Source of the DNA: Chiloscyllium plagiosum
Lineage: Eukaryota
Length of the DNA stretch: 64,000 bases
Reading direction: 5' to 3'
Assembly (NCBI RefSeq): GCF_004010195.1
Contig: NC_057757.1
Span: forward strand, 9,425,636-9,489,635
A program made the position numbers and the translations under genes. Position 1 is the first letter of the stretch; every line of letters begins with the position of its first letter. This document shows positions 12,662 through 25,800 of the stretch, in pieces. Under the pieces are notes generated by a model. That model saw only the letters and a program-made list of their open reading frames with translations, searched no databases and was not told the DNA's origin.

Positions 12662-13058
12662 GGGGCGGCATAGTGCCTCAGTAGTTAGCACTGCTGCCTC
12701 ACAGTACCAGGGACCTGGGTTTGATCCCAGCCTTGGGCGACTGTCTGTGTGCAGTTTGGACAATCTCCCTGTTTCTGTGTGGGTTTCCTCCCACACTCCA
12801 AAGAAGTGCAAGTTAGGGCGAATTGGCCATGCTAAATTGCCCATAGTGCCCAGGGGATGTGCAGGTTAGGGTGAACTGGCAAGGCTAAATTGCCCATAGT
12901 GTTCACAAATGTGTAGGTTGGGTGCATAAGTCAGGGGTAAGTACAGGATTTTCAGATAGGGGAATGGGTCTAGGTGAGTTACTCTTAGGAGGTTCGCTGT
13001 AGACTTGTTGGGCCGAAGGGCTTGTTTCCATACTGTAGGGATTCTATGAGTCTATCTA
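12662..13058 (+). mobile_element. HE1-type (V-SINE) shark SINE
   Basis: gggcggcatagtg...gttagcactgctgcctcacag head, V-domain gtgggtttcctcc and CR1-derived tail. Confidence 0.85.
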
Positions 13059-13864
13059 ACCCCATACAGTCCCTGTCCTGAGAGAGTGTTGATGGGGACA
13101 GTGTCAGATTTAACATGAACAATTGATCCAGCATCCACTGCTGTTTGTGGAAGAGAGTTCCAAACCTCTCCCACCTTCAACATCCGAGTGAACAATCCAT
13201 TCGGCCCCGGCGAATTTCAATGATTCCAACTCCTCTAACACGTTCCCTCTCAATATTTCACATTGCTCCTCTTGGATTACTATATTCACATCATCCTGTT
13301 CGTTTGTGAATCCAGAGTCAAAAAATTCATTAAAAATTGTTCCCGCATTCTCTCCATCTTCAGACAAGGGGAACTTCATCTGTGGTAGGTTCCACATTTT
13401 CTTAAATTATCCGTTTGCTCTTTACACACTGGTAAAACATCTTTGGCTTTTCCCTTATCTTGCTTGCTAATATTTTTTGTCATGTCCTCTCCTTGATTTC
13501 ATTATTTCTATTTCCACATGATCCCTGGTGCTTTCTAAACTCATCTATGCTATCTACAGTGTTGAGTTTTTTTGTGATTATCCTAAGTTTTATTTTACTG
13601 TTTAATCTTCCCCTTGTTTTTCAAAACAGCCAAGGGGATCTAGATTTGGCAGGACCATTCCGAGAGCGGACATGTCTGCTTTGTGCCCTAAGGTTCTCAC
13701 TATTTAGCGCCTCCCACTGGTTTTCCACTGATTTATCCTTTAGCAGTCCTGTCCAATCCATGACAGCCAAATCACTACTCAGTTTTGTAAAATTTGCCTT
13801 CCCCCAGTTAAATACTTTTGCTCCTGATTTATCTCTGCCCACTTCTACAACATTATTAAATCTG

Positions 13865-14100
13865 TGGGTGGCACGGTGGCTAGCACTGCTGCCTCACAGC
13901 ACCAGGGTCCCAGGTTCAATCCCAGCCTCGGGCGACTGTCTGTGTGGAGTTTGCACATTCTCCCTGTGTCTGTGTGGATTTCCTCCCACAATCTAAAGAT
14001 CTGTAGGTTAGGGTGGATTGGCCATGCTAAATTGCCCATATTGTTCAGGGATGTGTAGGTTAGGTGCGTTAGTCAGGGGGAAATGTAGAGTAGTAGGGGC
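13865..14100 (+). mobile_element. HE1-type SINE, 3'-truncated, adjacent to a minus-strand CR1 fragment (13110-13860)
   Basis: Same head and V-domain. The neighbouring minus strand reads VFNWGKANF...WEAL (CR1 ORF2). Confidence 0.8.
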
Positions 14101-14719
14101 GAAGTTTCCACACTAAAACAAGAAACTGTGGTCACTATCTCCGATACGGTTACCCACTTGCCCATCTCCATTTCGTGAAACTAAACCCAGAGTTGTGTCA
14201 CGCATTGGTTCAGAAGAATTTCCTGGCCATGGTACAAGCCCTTCTTCCAGAACACGATAGTTGTGTTCCTGTGTGACCCTGCACTTTTTAAAAATCATGC
14301 AATACAAACAGCACTTAAAGTGTTTGCAGTCTAATCGTATTATAGCCAACACGTACTTTAAAAGAAACAGCATTACCTATTCACCCACTGACGTTATAGC
14401 CAATTTGCATTAACGAGGGACTCATTACAGAACTACCTGTACGTGATTGTTTTTCATCCTCCTACTGTTACTGCCCTCTTATTCCCCGAGACAGAAGTTA
14501 GTCTCCATTTCTGTTCTTCTATCTCCCTCGTGCTGTTTGGAGTCTGTGATAAACTCCTCATAGTGGGACTGTCACTGTTTTATTCCTAAACTCAGCCTAG
14601 AGAGTCTCATCTGTTAACTCATTTAATATATCGTGCCTTCTCAGAATTGTAATTGGTCTTTAACCAATATTGCTAATCCCCTCCTTTTTGGTCACCCACT
14701 CTACCCTGCCTGAAAACTC

Positions 14720-15243
14720 TGTATCCTTTGTGGATTGTTTCTGGGACACCCACACCCACCTCCCCGTGGCTTTAACACTTCAACTTCCCCTCCCACTCCG
14801 GCAACGACATGCAGATCCTGGGCCTCCTCCATCACCAAACCCTCTCCACCTGACGCCTGGAGGAAGAATACCTCACCTTCCACCTTGGGACCCTCCAACC
14901 GCACGGGATAAATGTGAATTTCACCAGCTTCCTCATTTCCCCTCCCCCTACATTATCCCAATCCCAACTCTCCAACCTCGGCACCACCCTCCTGACCTGT
15001 CCATCACCTTTCCCATCTATCCTCTCCACCCTCCTCTCCGACCTATCACCTCCTCCCTCACCTTCACCTACCTATGGCATTTCCAGCTACCTTCCTCCCA
15101 ACCCCAAACCCCTCCCATTTATCTCTCAGACCCCTTAACCCACAAGCCTCATTCCTGATGAAGGACATGCCCGAAACGTCGATTCTCCTGCTCCTCGGAT
15201 GCTGCCTGACCTGCTGTGCTTTTCCAGCACCACTCTCTCGACT
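14720..15243 (+). mobile_element. Penelope-like element 3' end
   Basis: GIY-YIG C-terminal motif LEEEYLTFHLGTLQPHGINVNF, a C-rich 3' region, then CCTGATGAAGGACATGCCCGAAACGTC. Confidence 0.75.
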
Positions 15244-15372
15244 GAAAACTCTGTGCTCAGGATTTCTGAGCTGCCAGTTTTGCCCATCCTTTTATAAGCT
15301 CTCCATCACAGCAACCAAGATCACACTGCCACGTGTTACCTGTGCCCTTCGTTCATCTCCCTTAATTCTAAG

Positions 15373-15572
15373 ACAGTAGAACCCCCCCCACCCTGTATCC
15401 ACGGATTTGTTTTCCCCGGTTTCAGTTATCTGCAGTTTGCCGGATGTTGCATGGAACATTTCAGAAGTAATTCCAGGGGGCTACGGGGAGGTACGTTTCT
15501 CTCCTAAATGCAGTTCTAGGCATCCTTGGTAGGTCTTGGAACGTATCACCCGCGGATGCAGGGGTCACCTGT
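15373..15572. mobile_element. Putative Tigger/pogo-like MITE
   Basis: Imperfect terminal inverted repeats acagtagaacccc..tatccacggat and atcacccgcggatgcaggggtcacctgt. Confidence 0.45.
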
Positions 15573-15672
15573 GTACGTTGAAGTGTGAACAGTTCAATCC
15601 CATCAATTTCCTTTGCTTTTGGGTCCGTGTGCCTCCTGTCCTTCTGAGTCGCTGACTACATCACCAGCTAAT

Positions 15673-15990
15673 GGGCGGCACGGTGGCACTGTGGTTAGCA
15701 CTGCTGCCTCACAGCGCTAGAGACCCGGGTTCAATTCCCGCCTCAGGCGACTGACTGTGTGGAGTTTGCACATTCTCCCCGTGTCTGCGTGGGTTTCCTC
15801 CGGGTGCTCCGGTTTCCTCCCACAGTCCAAAGATGTGCAGGTCAGGTGAATTGGCCATGCTAAATTGCCCGTAGTGTTAGGTAAGGGGTAGATGTAGGGG
15901 TATGGGTGTATTGCGCTTCGGCGGGTCAGTGTGGACTTGTTGGGCCGAAGGGCCTGTTTCCACACTGTAAGTAATCTAATCTAATCTAAT
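15673..15990 (+). mobile_element. Full-length young HE1-type SINE
   Basis: Near-identical to 31849-32172. Has a tRNA-like head with B-box GGTTCAATTCCC and an (aatct)n tail. Confidence 0.92.
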
Positions 15991-16945
15991 ATTCTGCCTC
16001 CTGCCTGCTGATCTGAGTCTGACCCACCCAAGCCTACGCTTCAGTTCCCATTCCCCTGACAGGTTCGTGTAAATTCTCACCAACGGAACTCGTGAAACAA
16101 CCACCGAGGATATTTGTCCCAGCTCTGCCCGGGTGCAACTTGCACAGATACCACATTCCCCAGAAATGGTCCCAATGCCCCATGACTAACACCCCCCCAT
16201 GTTTCTGGGCAGTGCATTCCAGACCCTAACCACTCGCTGGGAGGAGAGGATTTTCCCTCCCCTCACCCTTGCACATGACTTCGACTCCACCACAAACTCC
16301 GTGGACCCCTAACTCCATGGAAGTCATTCCTGGGCTGTTGATAACAGACACCACCTCCACCCCCTCCAGTGCTGGCTATTGGAGTGGACGAGGGATGCTG
16401 TTGGAGCTACAATGGAAACACAGTTAACCGATGCTAATGCAAAGCTCCCACAGCGAACAATGCACCATTACCTTCGAGGTGCTCATTACTCAGAAATATC
16501 GAATTTTGACCCATGATGCTTTTCTCTTTCTCTCCTTTTTTTTTGGTTTTGACAATTTTGGATCATGCATGCAAGAACAGTAAAATATTCCAAGCGTGAG
16601 ATATGGCTCCCATCTGTCAGTTAGACCAACACTACCCGTCTCTCAGGGACGGTTAAAATCTCGCGTTGCTTCTGGACCTATTGAGCTCAGGCAATGCTTT
16701 GGTCTCCCTCCTTGGTCCTCTAGTTCTCTGCCTCACTCTCCCTTGGGGAGCAAGACTGTGCCCCGTACAAACACCAAGTGGGTTCTTTGAGTAGAGTTGG
16801 AAAGTGGGTGACCTGATCGCAGAGTCTTTACAATCACGGAGGGTATTCGATAAAATGGATGTCGACAAGAACTTAGAGACAATCTCTAATCAATCTCATA
16901 TGGAACTCAGGAGAAACATATTCACCTACAGATTTGGGAGACTGT

Positions 16946-17135
16946 GGGACTTACTCCCATAGGGAGTGGGGTAGAATATGGGACTCACTCCCACAGGGAG
17001 TGGGGGAGAATATGTGACTTACTCCTACAGTGAAGTGGAGGAATATGCCACTTGTTGCCAAGGGAAAGAGGGGAGAGTATGGGATTGGCTCCCACAAGAA
17101 AGAGGGAGTATGTGGGACTCGCTCCCATAGAGATA
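16946..17135. repeat. Degenerate 34-bp minisatellite, about 5-6 copies
   Basis: Unit gggact(t/c)actccca(t/c)agggagtgggg(t/g)agaatat; starts at 16946 and 16980. Confidence 0.7.
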
Positions 17136-17149
17136 GGGCCAGGAAAATA

Positions 17150-19070
17150 GTAACAATATTAAATGGGCTTAGTCACAGGAGACAGAGGGTAGTGGTGGGA
17201 GGGAACGGAGGGTTGTGACGAGTGGTGTTCCACTGGATCAGTGCTGGGACCTGCTGTTCATGGTCTGTGTAAATGATTTGGAGGAAAATGGGGCTGGTCT
17301 AATTAGTAAGTTTGTGAATGATACTGAGATTGGTGGAGTTGTGGATAGTGAGGAGGATTGTCCACGGATGCAGTAGGATATAGATCGGTTGGAGACATGG
17401 GCAGAAAAAAGGCAGATGGAGTTTAATCCAGACACGTGTGAGGTGATGCATTTTCGTCGGTCAAATAGAGGTGGAAATTACAGAGTGAATGGCAGAACCC
17501 TTCAGTGTATTGAAATGCAGAGGGATCTGGATGTGCAGGTGCACAGTTCACTGAAGGTGACAGCGCAGGTAGATAAGGGAGTAAAAAAGGCCTATAGCAT
17601 GCTTGCCTTCTTTGGAAGGGGCAGTGAGGACAAGGAGAGGCAAGTTATGCTGCAGATTTACAGAACTTTAGTTCGGCCACACTTGGAATACTGCGTATAG
17701 TTCTGGTCACCACACTTCCAGAGGGATGTGGATGCTTTGGAGAGGGTAGAGAATGGGTTTACCAGGATGTTGCCTGGTATGGGGGATTTTAGCAATGAAG
17801 GAAGGTGGGATAGGCCGGGTTTGTTTTCACTGGAACGCAGGAGGCATCACCTGATAGAAGGTTATAAGATTGTGAATGGCATAGGTAGGGTGGACAGTAT
17901 GAGGCTCTTCCCCAGGGTAGGGGGTCAATACTAGGGGACACAGATTCATGGTGCAGAGGGTGGATTTTAAGAGAGATGTATGAGGCAAGTTTTTCACACA
18001 CACAGGGGTGGTGAGTGCCTGGAACGTGCTGCCAGAGGATGTGTGGAAGCAAACACAATAGCAGCGTTCAAGAAACACCTGGACAACTACATGGATAGGA
18101 AGGGAATAGAGGGATATGGGTCCTGTCAGTGAAGACAGTTTCACTATGGGGGGGGCGGCAAAATGGGTCAGCGCAGGCCTGGAGGGCCGAAGGGCCTGTT
18201 CCCGTGCTGTACTGTCCCTTTTTAATATTGATTTTGGGGTTGGAAGTGAGGGAGACAGGACGAGGAGGATATGCTGATAGGGGAATAAAGAGGAGGTGGG
18301 AAGGGGTCTGTGAAGGTGAAGCATCAGCTGATCTCCAAATGGCCTGTAGCTAGAAGATTCTCTGTAAATTCCATGTCAATGATTGAACAAAGAGACCTTG
18401 GAGTGCAGATTCATAGCTCCTTTAAAGTAGAGTCGCAGGTAGATAGGATAGTGAAGAAGGCGTTTGGTATGCTTTCCAATATTGGTCAGTCTATTGAGTA
18501 CAGGAGTTGGGAGGTCATGTTGCGGCTGTACAGGACATTGGTTAGGCCAATGTTGGAATATTGTGTGCAATTCTGGTCTCCTTTCTATCGAAAAAATGTT
18601 GTGACACTTGAAAGGGTTCTAAAAAGATTTACAAGGGTTGGAGGATTTGAGCTATCAGGAGAGGCTGAATAGGCTGGTGCTGTTTTCCCTGGAGCGTTGG
18701 AGGTTGAGGGGTGATCTGATGGATTTTATAAAGTCATGAGGGGTGTGGATAGACAGAGTCTTTTCCCTGGGGAGTCCAGAACTAGCGGGCATAGGTTTAC
18801 GGTGAGAGGGGAAAGATATAAAAAAGACCTAAGGGGCAACTTTGTCACATAAAGGGTGGTATGTGTATGGAATGAGCTGCCAGAGGATGTGGTGGAGACT
18901 GGTACAATTGCAACATTTAAGAGGCATTTGGATGGGTATATGAATAGGAAGGGTTTGGAGGGATATGGGCTGAGTGCTGGCAGGTGGGACTAGATTGGGT
19001 TGGGATATCTGGTCGGCATGGACGGGTTGGACCGAAGGGTCTGTTTCCATGCTGTACATCTCTATGACTG
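17150..19070 (+). mobile_element. Two CR1 LINE RT/3' fragments (17150-18220 and 18370-19070)
   Basis: WAEKRQMEFNPDTCEVMHF...[10 protein letters not shown] and QRDLGVQIHSSFKVESQVDRIVKKA...[10 protein letters not shown]. Confidence 0.85.
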
Positions 19071-19099
19071 TGATTTTGAGCGGAGGGTGAAGGGCAATA

Positions 19100-19470
19100 A
19101 CAACACACATTCCTGACACACAATTCTCTCTCTCATACACACACAAACACACACACTCTCACTCAACAAACACACTCTCATTCACACAAACACACTCACT
19201 CATACAAACACATGCACACACACTCACACATTCACACTCACACACCCAGTCTCTCTATCTCTCTCACACACACAGTCTCTCTATCTCTCACACACACACC
19301 CTCTCTCACACACATACAGTTTCTCTCTCACACATGCACACTCTCTCACACACACAGTCTCTCTATCTCCCACACACTCATCCAGTTTCTCTCTCACACA
19401 TGCACACTCTCTCACACATACACATACAGACACACACACACAAGACACAGCGACACTTCCACACACTCAA
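19100..19470. repeat. (CA)n/(CT)n compound microsatellite
   Basis: Seen directly in the sequence. Confidence 0.9.
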
Positions 19471-19899
19471 TCACGTGTGTAAACACCAAGCAGCTCATCA
19501 CAGGTCACGATGGAGACACAGCTGTCACGATGGAGAGAGCACACAGTGAATTCCTGCAGCAGCCACAAAGGCAGTGGAGATGGGAATGCGCAAGCAATGG
19601 GCCGAAGGGTCTCTTCTGTACTATATGACACCACAACTCCAAGGAATGAGAATGTCTGAGATCTTAGAGAGGATCAGTCAGAGGTTAATCCCAGAATGAT
19701 CCACGTTACTGACCCACACAAGGGCAATGTTGATCACGAGCATGAACATAACCCAGAGATGGCAGACACAAAGCTGGTGAAGTGATCAGCAGCTTTGTCT
19801 GCTCCTGGAAAGACAGGGAGCCAGGATTTCAAAAGGTGACAGCCAATACTCTAGAACTCACAGAAGTTGGGATTCACGTGACCACCCTAAAAACTGACT

Positions 19900-22800
19900 A
19901 GCAAGGAATCCTGTAAACACTGACACACGCACCCACCCACCAAGGAACCCCGTGGAAATACTGACACACTCCCCACTCTGGAAGCGCCATGGAATAACTG
20001 ACATCTCCTGCAGGGACTGTCTGTAAATCCGAGGAAATTCTGAAGCCAGCAGGCGTCCCCGGAAAGTCTGAGGAAATCCACCCCAGGGCACCCCTGGAAA
20101 TACTGACTCAAACCCACACTGCCTCTCATTCCGAGCCGCCCAAACCAGGGATTCCCCGTACATACTCATACATTCTACACAAAGACCCCTGTAAATACTG
20201 ACACTTCCTCCGCAGGCTCTCCTGAAAACAGTGACATATTCCCACTGGGTACCACCTGTAAATACGGACACATTCCGACTGGGCACCCCTTGTATATACT
20301 GACACATTCCCACTGGGACCCCCCTGTAAATACGGACACATTCCCACTGGGGACCCCTGTAAAAACTGACACACTCCCACTGGGAATCCCTGTAAATACT
20401 GTTACACTCTCCCCAGGGACCCTCTGTAAACACTGTGACACTCTCCCCGGGGAAACCCTGTAAATACTGTCACATTCTCCCCGGGTCCCTCTGTAAATAC
20501 TGTGACACTATCCCCAGGGACCATCTGTAAATACTGTCACAATCTCCCCAGGGACCCTCTATAAATAATGTTACACACTCCCCAGGGACCATCTGTAAAT
20601 AATGACTCATCCACCCCAAGGTCCCTCTGTAAATACTGTCACACTCCCCCCGGGTCCCTCTGTATATACTGTCACACTCTCCCCAGGGACCCTCTGTAAA
20701 TACTGTCACAGTCTCCCCAGTGACCCTCTGTAAATACTGTCACACTCTCCCCAGGGACCCTCTGCATATACTGACACACTCTCCCTTGGGACTCTGTAAA
20801 TAATGTCTCACTGTCCCCAGGGATCTCCTGCAATAACTGTCACACTTGCCCCAGGGATCCTCTGCAAATACTGTTACTCTCTCCCCAGTGACCCTCTGTA
20901 AATACCATTACACTCTCCGTAGGGTCCCTCTAAATACAGTCACACTCTCCCCAGGGACCCTCAGTAAATACTGACACACACTTCCCAGGGACCCCCTGTA
21001 AATACTGTCACACTCCCCAGGGACCCTCCAAAAATACTGTCACACTCTCCCAGGCACCATTTGTAAATAATGACCCACACTCCCCAGGGATCCTCTGTAA
21101 ATACTGTCAAACAATCCCAGTGACCCCCCTGTAAATAGTGACACACTCTCCCCAGCGACCCTCTGTAAATACTGTCACACTCTCCTCAGGGCCCCTCCGT
21201 AAATAATGTCATACTGTCCCAGAGACCATTTGTAAGTAATGACTCACTATCCCCAAGGGACCCTCTGTAAATACTGACACATTCCCACTGGGGACCCCTA
21301 TTAATATGGACACATTTGCACTGGGTTTACCCTGTAAATATCGACACATTCCCACTGGGGACCCCCTGTTAATATGGACACATTTGCACTGGGTTTACCC
21401 TGTAAATATCGACACATTCCCACTGGGGACCCCCTGTTAATATGGAAACATTTGCACTGGGCATCCCTTGTAAATACTGACATTCCCACTGTGGAACCTC
21501 TGTAAATACTGACACATTCCCACTGGGGACTCCCTGCAAATACTGACACATTTCCACTGGGAATCCCTGTAAATATGACACATTCCCCCTGGGGACCGGC
21601 TGAACATACTGTCACACTGACCCCAGGGATCCTCTGTAAATACTGTTACACTCTCCCAGGGACCCTCTGTAAATAATGACTCGCTGTCGCCAGGGACCCT
21701 CTGTAAATACTGTCATACTCTCCCCGGGGAAACCCTGTAAATACTGTCACATTCGCCCCGGGTCCCTCTGTAAATACTGTGACATTCTCCCCAGGGATCA
21801 TCTGTAAATACTGTCACAATTTCCCTAGGGACCCTCTGTAAATACTGTTACATACTCCCTAGGGACCATCTGTAAATAATGACTCACTCTCCCCAAGGTC
21901 CCTCTGTTAATACTGTCACACTCTGCACGGGTCCCTTTGTATATACTGTCACAGTCTCCCCAGGGACCCTCTGCAAACACTGTCCCCAGTGACCCTGTGT
22001 AAATACTGTTGCTCTCTCCCCAGTGACCCCCTGTAATACTGTCACTCTGCCCAGTGACCCTCTGTAAATATGGTCACACACTCCCCAGGGACCCTCTGTA
22101 AATACTGACATACTCTCCCCAGGGACCTTCTGCAAATAGTGTTACACTCTCCCCAGGGACCTTCTGCAAGTACTGTCACACTCTCCCAGAGACCATCTGT
22201 AAATGATGACTCACTCTCTGTAGGGTCCCTCTGTAAATACTGTCACACTCTCCCCAGGGATCCTCTGTAAATAATGACTCACTCTCCCCAGGGACCCTCT
22301 GTAAAAACTGTCACATTCCCACTGGGAACGCCTGCAAATCCTGACACATTGCCACTGGTCACCCCTTGTAAATACTGACACACTCCCACTGGGACCCCCT
22401 GTAAACACTGACACATTTGCACTGGGCATCCCCTGTAAATACTGACACGTTCCCACTGGGGACACCCAGCAACTACTGGCACATTTCCATTGGGCACCCC
22501 TTATAAATACTGACACATTTCCACTGGGACACCCTGTAAAACCTGACAAATTCGCACTGGGGAGTTCCTGTAAATACTGACAGATTCCCACTGGGAACCC
22601 CTGTAAATACTGACACAATCCCACTAGGGAGTCACTGTAAATACTGACACATTCCCACTGGGGACCCCTGTGTAAATACTGACACATTTCCACTGGGGAC
22701 ACACTGTAAATACTGACACATTCCCACTGGGGACTCCCTGTAAATACTGACACATTCCCATTGGGGACTCCCTGTAAATACTGACACATTCCCACTGGGG

Positions 22801-25800
22801 ACTCCCTGTAAATACTGACACATTCCCACTGGGGACACACTGTAAATACTGACACTTTCCCACTGGGGACACCCTGAAAGTAATGACACATTCCCATTGG
22901 GGACTCCCTGTAAATACTGATACATTCCCACTGGGAACCTCCTGTAAATACTGACACATTTCCACTGGGGACTCCTGTAAAAACTGACACATTCCCACTG
23001 GGGACCCCCTGTAAATACTGACTCATTCCCATTGGGGACCCCCACTAAATACTGACACATTCCCATTGGGGACACCCTGAAAGTAATGACACATTCCCAC
23101 TGGGGACCCCCAGTAAATACTGACACAGTCCCACTGGTGACACCCTGTAAATACTGACACAATCCCCCCGGGGACCCCTGTAAACACTGCTCCACCCTCC
23201 CCACAGACGCCCTGTAAATACTGTCACACTCTCCCCGCGTACCTCTGTATATACTGTCACACTCTCCCCGGGGACCCTCTGTAAATAATGTCACACTGTC
23301 CCCAGGGACCCTCTGCAAACACTGTCACACTCTCCCCAAGGACCCTCAGTAAATACTGTTGCTCTCTTCCCAGTGACTCTCTGTAAATACTGACACACTC
23401 TCCCCAGGGACCATCAGCAAATACTGTCACACTCTCACAGGGACCATCTGTAAATAAGGACACATTCTCCGCAGGGTCCCTCTGTATATACTGTCACACT
23501 CTCCCTAGGGACCCTCTGTAATACTGTCACAGTCTCCCTAGGGACCCCCAGTAAATACTGTTACACACTCCCCAGGGGCCCTCTGTAAACACTGCTACAC
23601 TCTCCCCAGGGACCCTCTGTAAATACTGTCACACACTCCCCAGGGAACATCTGTAAATACTGTCACACACTCCCCAGGGACCCTCTGTAAATACAGTCAC
23701 ACTCTCCCCAGGGACCTCCTGTAAATACTGTCACACTCTCCCTGGGGACCCTTTATAAATATTGTCACACTCTCCCCAGGGACACTCTGTAAATACTGTC
23801 ACACTATCCCCAGGGACACTCTGTAAATAATGTCAAACACACCCCAGGGACCCTCTGTAAATACTGTCACACTCTCCCCGGGAACCCCCCGTAAATACTA
23901 ACACACTCTTCCCGGGGAGCCTTTGTAAATACCGTCACACTCTCCCCAGGGACCCTCTAAATAATGTCACACTGTCCCCAGGACCCTCTGCTAACACTGT
24001 CAAACTCTCTCCAGGGATCCTCAGTAAATACTGTTGCTGTCTTCCCAGGGACCCTCTGTAAATACAGTTACACTCTCCCCAGGGACCCTCTATAAATCTT
24101 GTTACACTCTCCCCAGCGACCGTCTGTCAATACAGACACACTCTCCCCAGGGACCCTCTGTAAATACTGCCACACTCTCCCAGGGACCATTTGTAAATAA
24201 TGCCTCACACTCCCCAGGGACCCTCGGTAAATACTGACACACTCTCCCCAGGGACCCTCTGCAAATACTGTTACACTATCTCCAGGGAGCCCTTGTAAAT
24301 GCTGTCATACTCACCGCAGGGACACTCTGTAAATACTGTCACACTCTCCCCAGGGACCCTCTGTAAATATTGTTGCTCTCTCCCCAGTGACCCCTTGTAG
24401 TACTGTCACACTCTCCCCAGGAACCCTCTGTAAATACTGTGACACTCTCCCCAAGGACCCTCTGCAAATACTGTCACACTCTCCCCAGGGACCCTCTGTA
24501 AATACTGTTACAATCTCCTCAGGGACCATTTGTAAATAATGCCTCACACTCCCCAGGGACCCTCTGTAAATAATGTCACACTGTCCCCAGGGACCCTCTG
24601 CAAACACGGTCACACTCTCCCCAGGGACCCTCAGTAAATATTGTTGCTCTCTCCCCAGTGACCCCTTGTAGTACTGTCACACTCTCCCCAGGAACCCTCT
24701 GTAAATACTGTGACACTCTCCCCAAGGACCCTCTGCAAATACTGTCACACTCTCCCCAGGGACCCTCAGTAAATACTGTTTGTCCACCCCAGTGACCCCT
24801 TGTAGTACTGTCACACTCTGCCCAAGGACCCTCTGCAAGTACTGTCACACTCTCCACAGGAATCCCCTGCAAATACTGATCCACTCTCCCCAGGGACCCT
24901 CTGTAAATATTGTCACACTCTCCCCAGAGACCCCCTGTAAATACTTCCATGCTCTTCCCATGACCCCCTGTAAATACTGTCTCACTCTCCCCAGGTAGTC
25001 TCTGTAAATACTGGCACACTGTCCCCAGGGACCCTCGGGTAAATACTGTCACACTCTCCCCAGGGACACTCCTGTAAATACTGTCATACATTCCACCAGG
25101 GACACTTTGTAAATACTGTCAGATGTTCACCAGGGATTCTCTGTAAATACTGTTACAATCTCCCCAGAGACCCCTGTAAATACAGTCACACACTCCCCAT
25201 GGACCCTCTGTAAATACGTCTCACTCTCCCCAGGGATCCCCTGTAAATACTGTTACAATCTCCCCAGAGACCCCTGTAAATACAGTCACACACTCCCCAT
25301 GGACCCTCTGTAAATACGTCTCACTCTCCCCAGGGACCCCCTGTATATACTGTTACACTCTCCCCAGGGACCCTCTGTAAATACTGTCATACATTCCCCC
25401 TGGGACGCCTTGTAGGTACTGTCAGATGTTCGCCAGGGATTCTCTGTAAATACTGTTACAATCCTCCCAGAGACCCCCTGTATATACTGTCACACTCTCC
25501 CCATGGACCCTCTGAAAATACTGTTACACACTCCCCAGGGACCCCCTGTAAATAATGTCACACTCTCCCGGGGACCCTTTGTAAATACTGTCACACTGTC
25601 CTCAGGGACCGTCTGTAAATACTGTTACACACTCCCCAGGGGCCCTCTGCAAACACTGCTACACTCTCCCCAGGGACCCTCTGTAAATACTGTCACACAC
25701 TCCCCACGGAACATCTGTAAATACTGTCACACTCTCCCCATGGACCCCCTGTAATTACTGTCTCACTCTCCCCAGGTACTCTCTGTAAATACTGTCACAC

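Noticed and set aside
15673..15745. tRNA gene
   Set aside because: This is the tRNA-derived head of an HE1 SINE; it continues into the V-domain and LINE tail.
16340..16560. Possible NLGN2 alternative exon (GAAG|gtaat near 16470; acceptor near 16408)
   Set aside because: Translations do not match the expected upstream neuroligin exon or the splice-site B insert.
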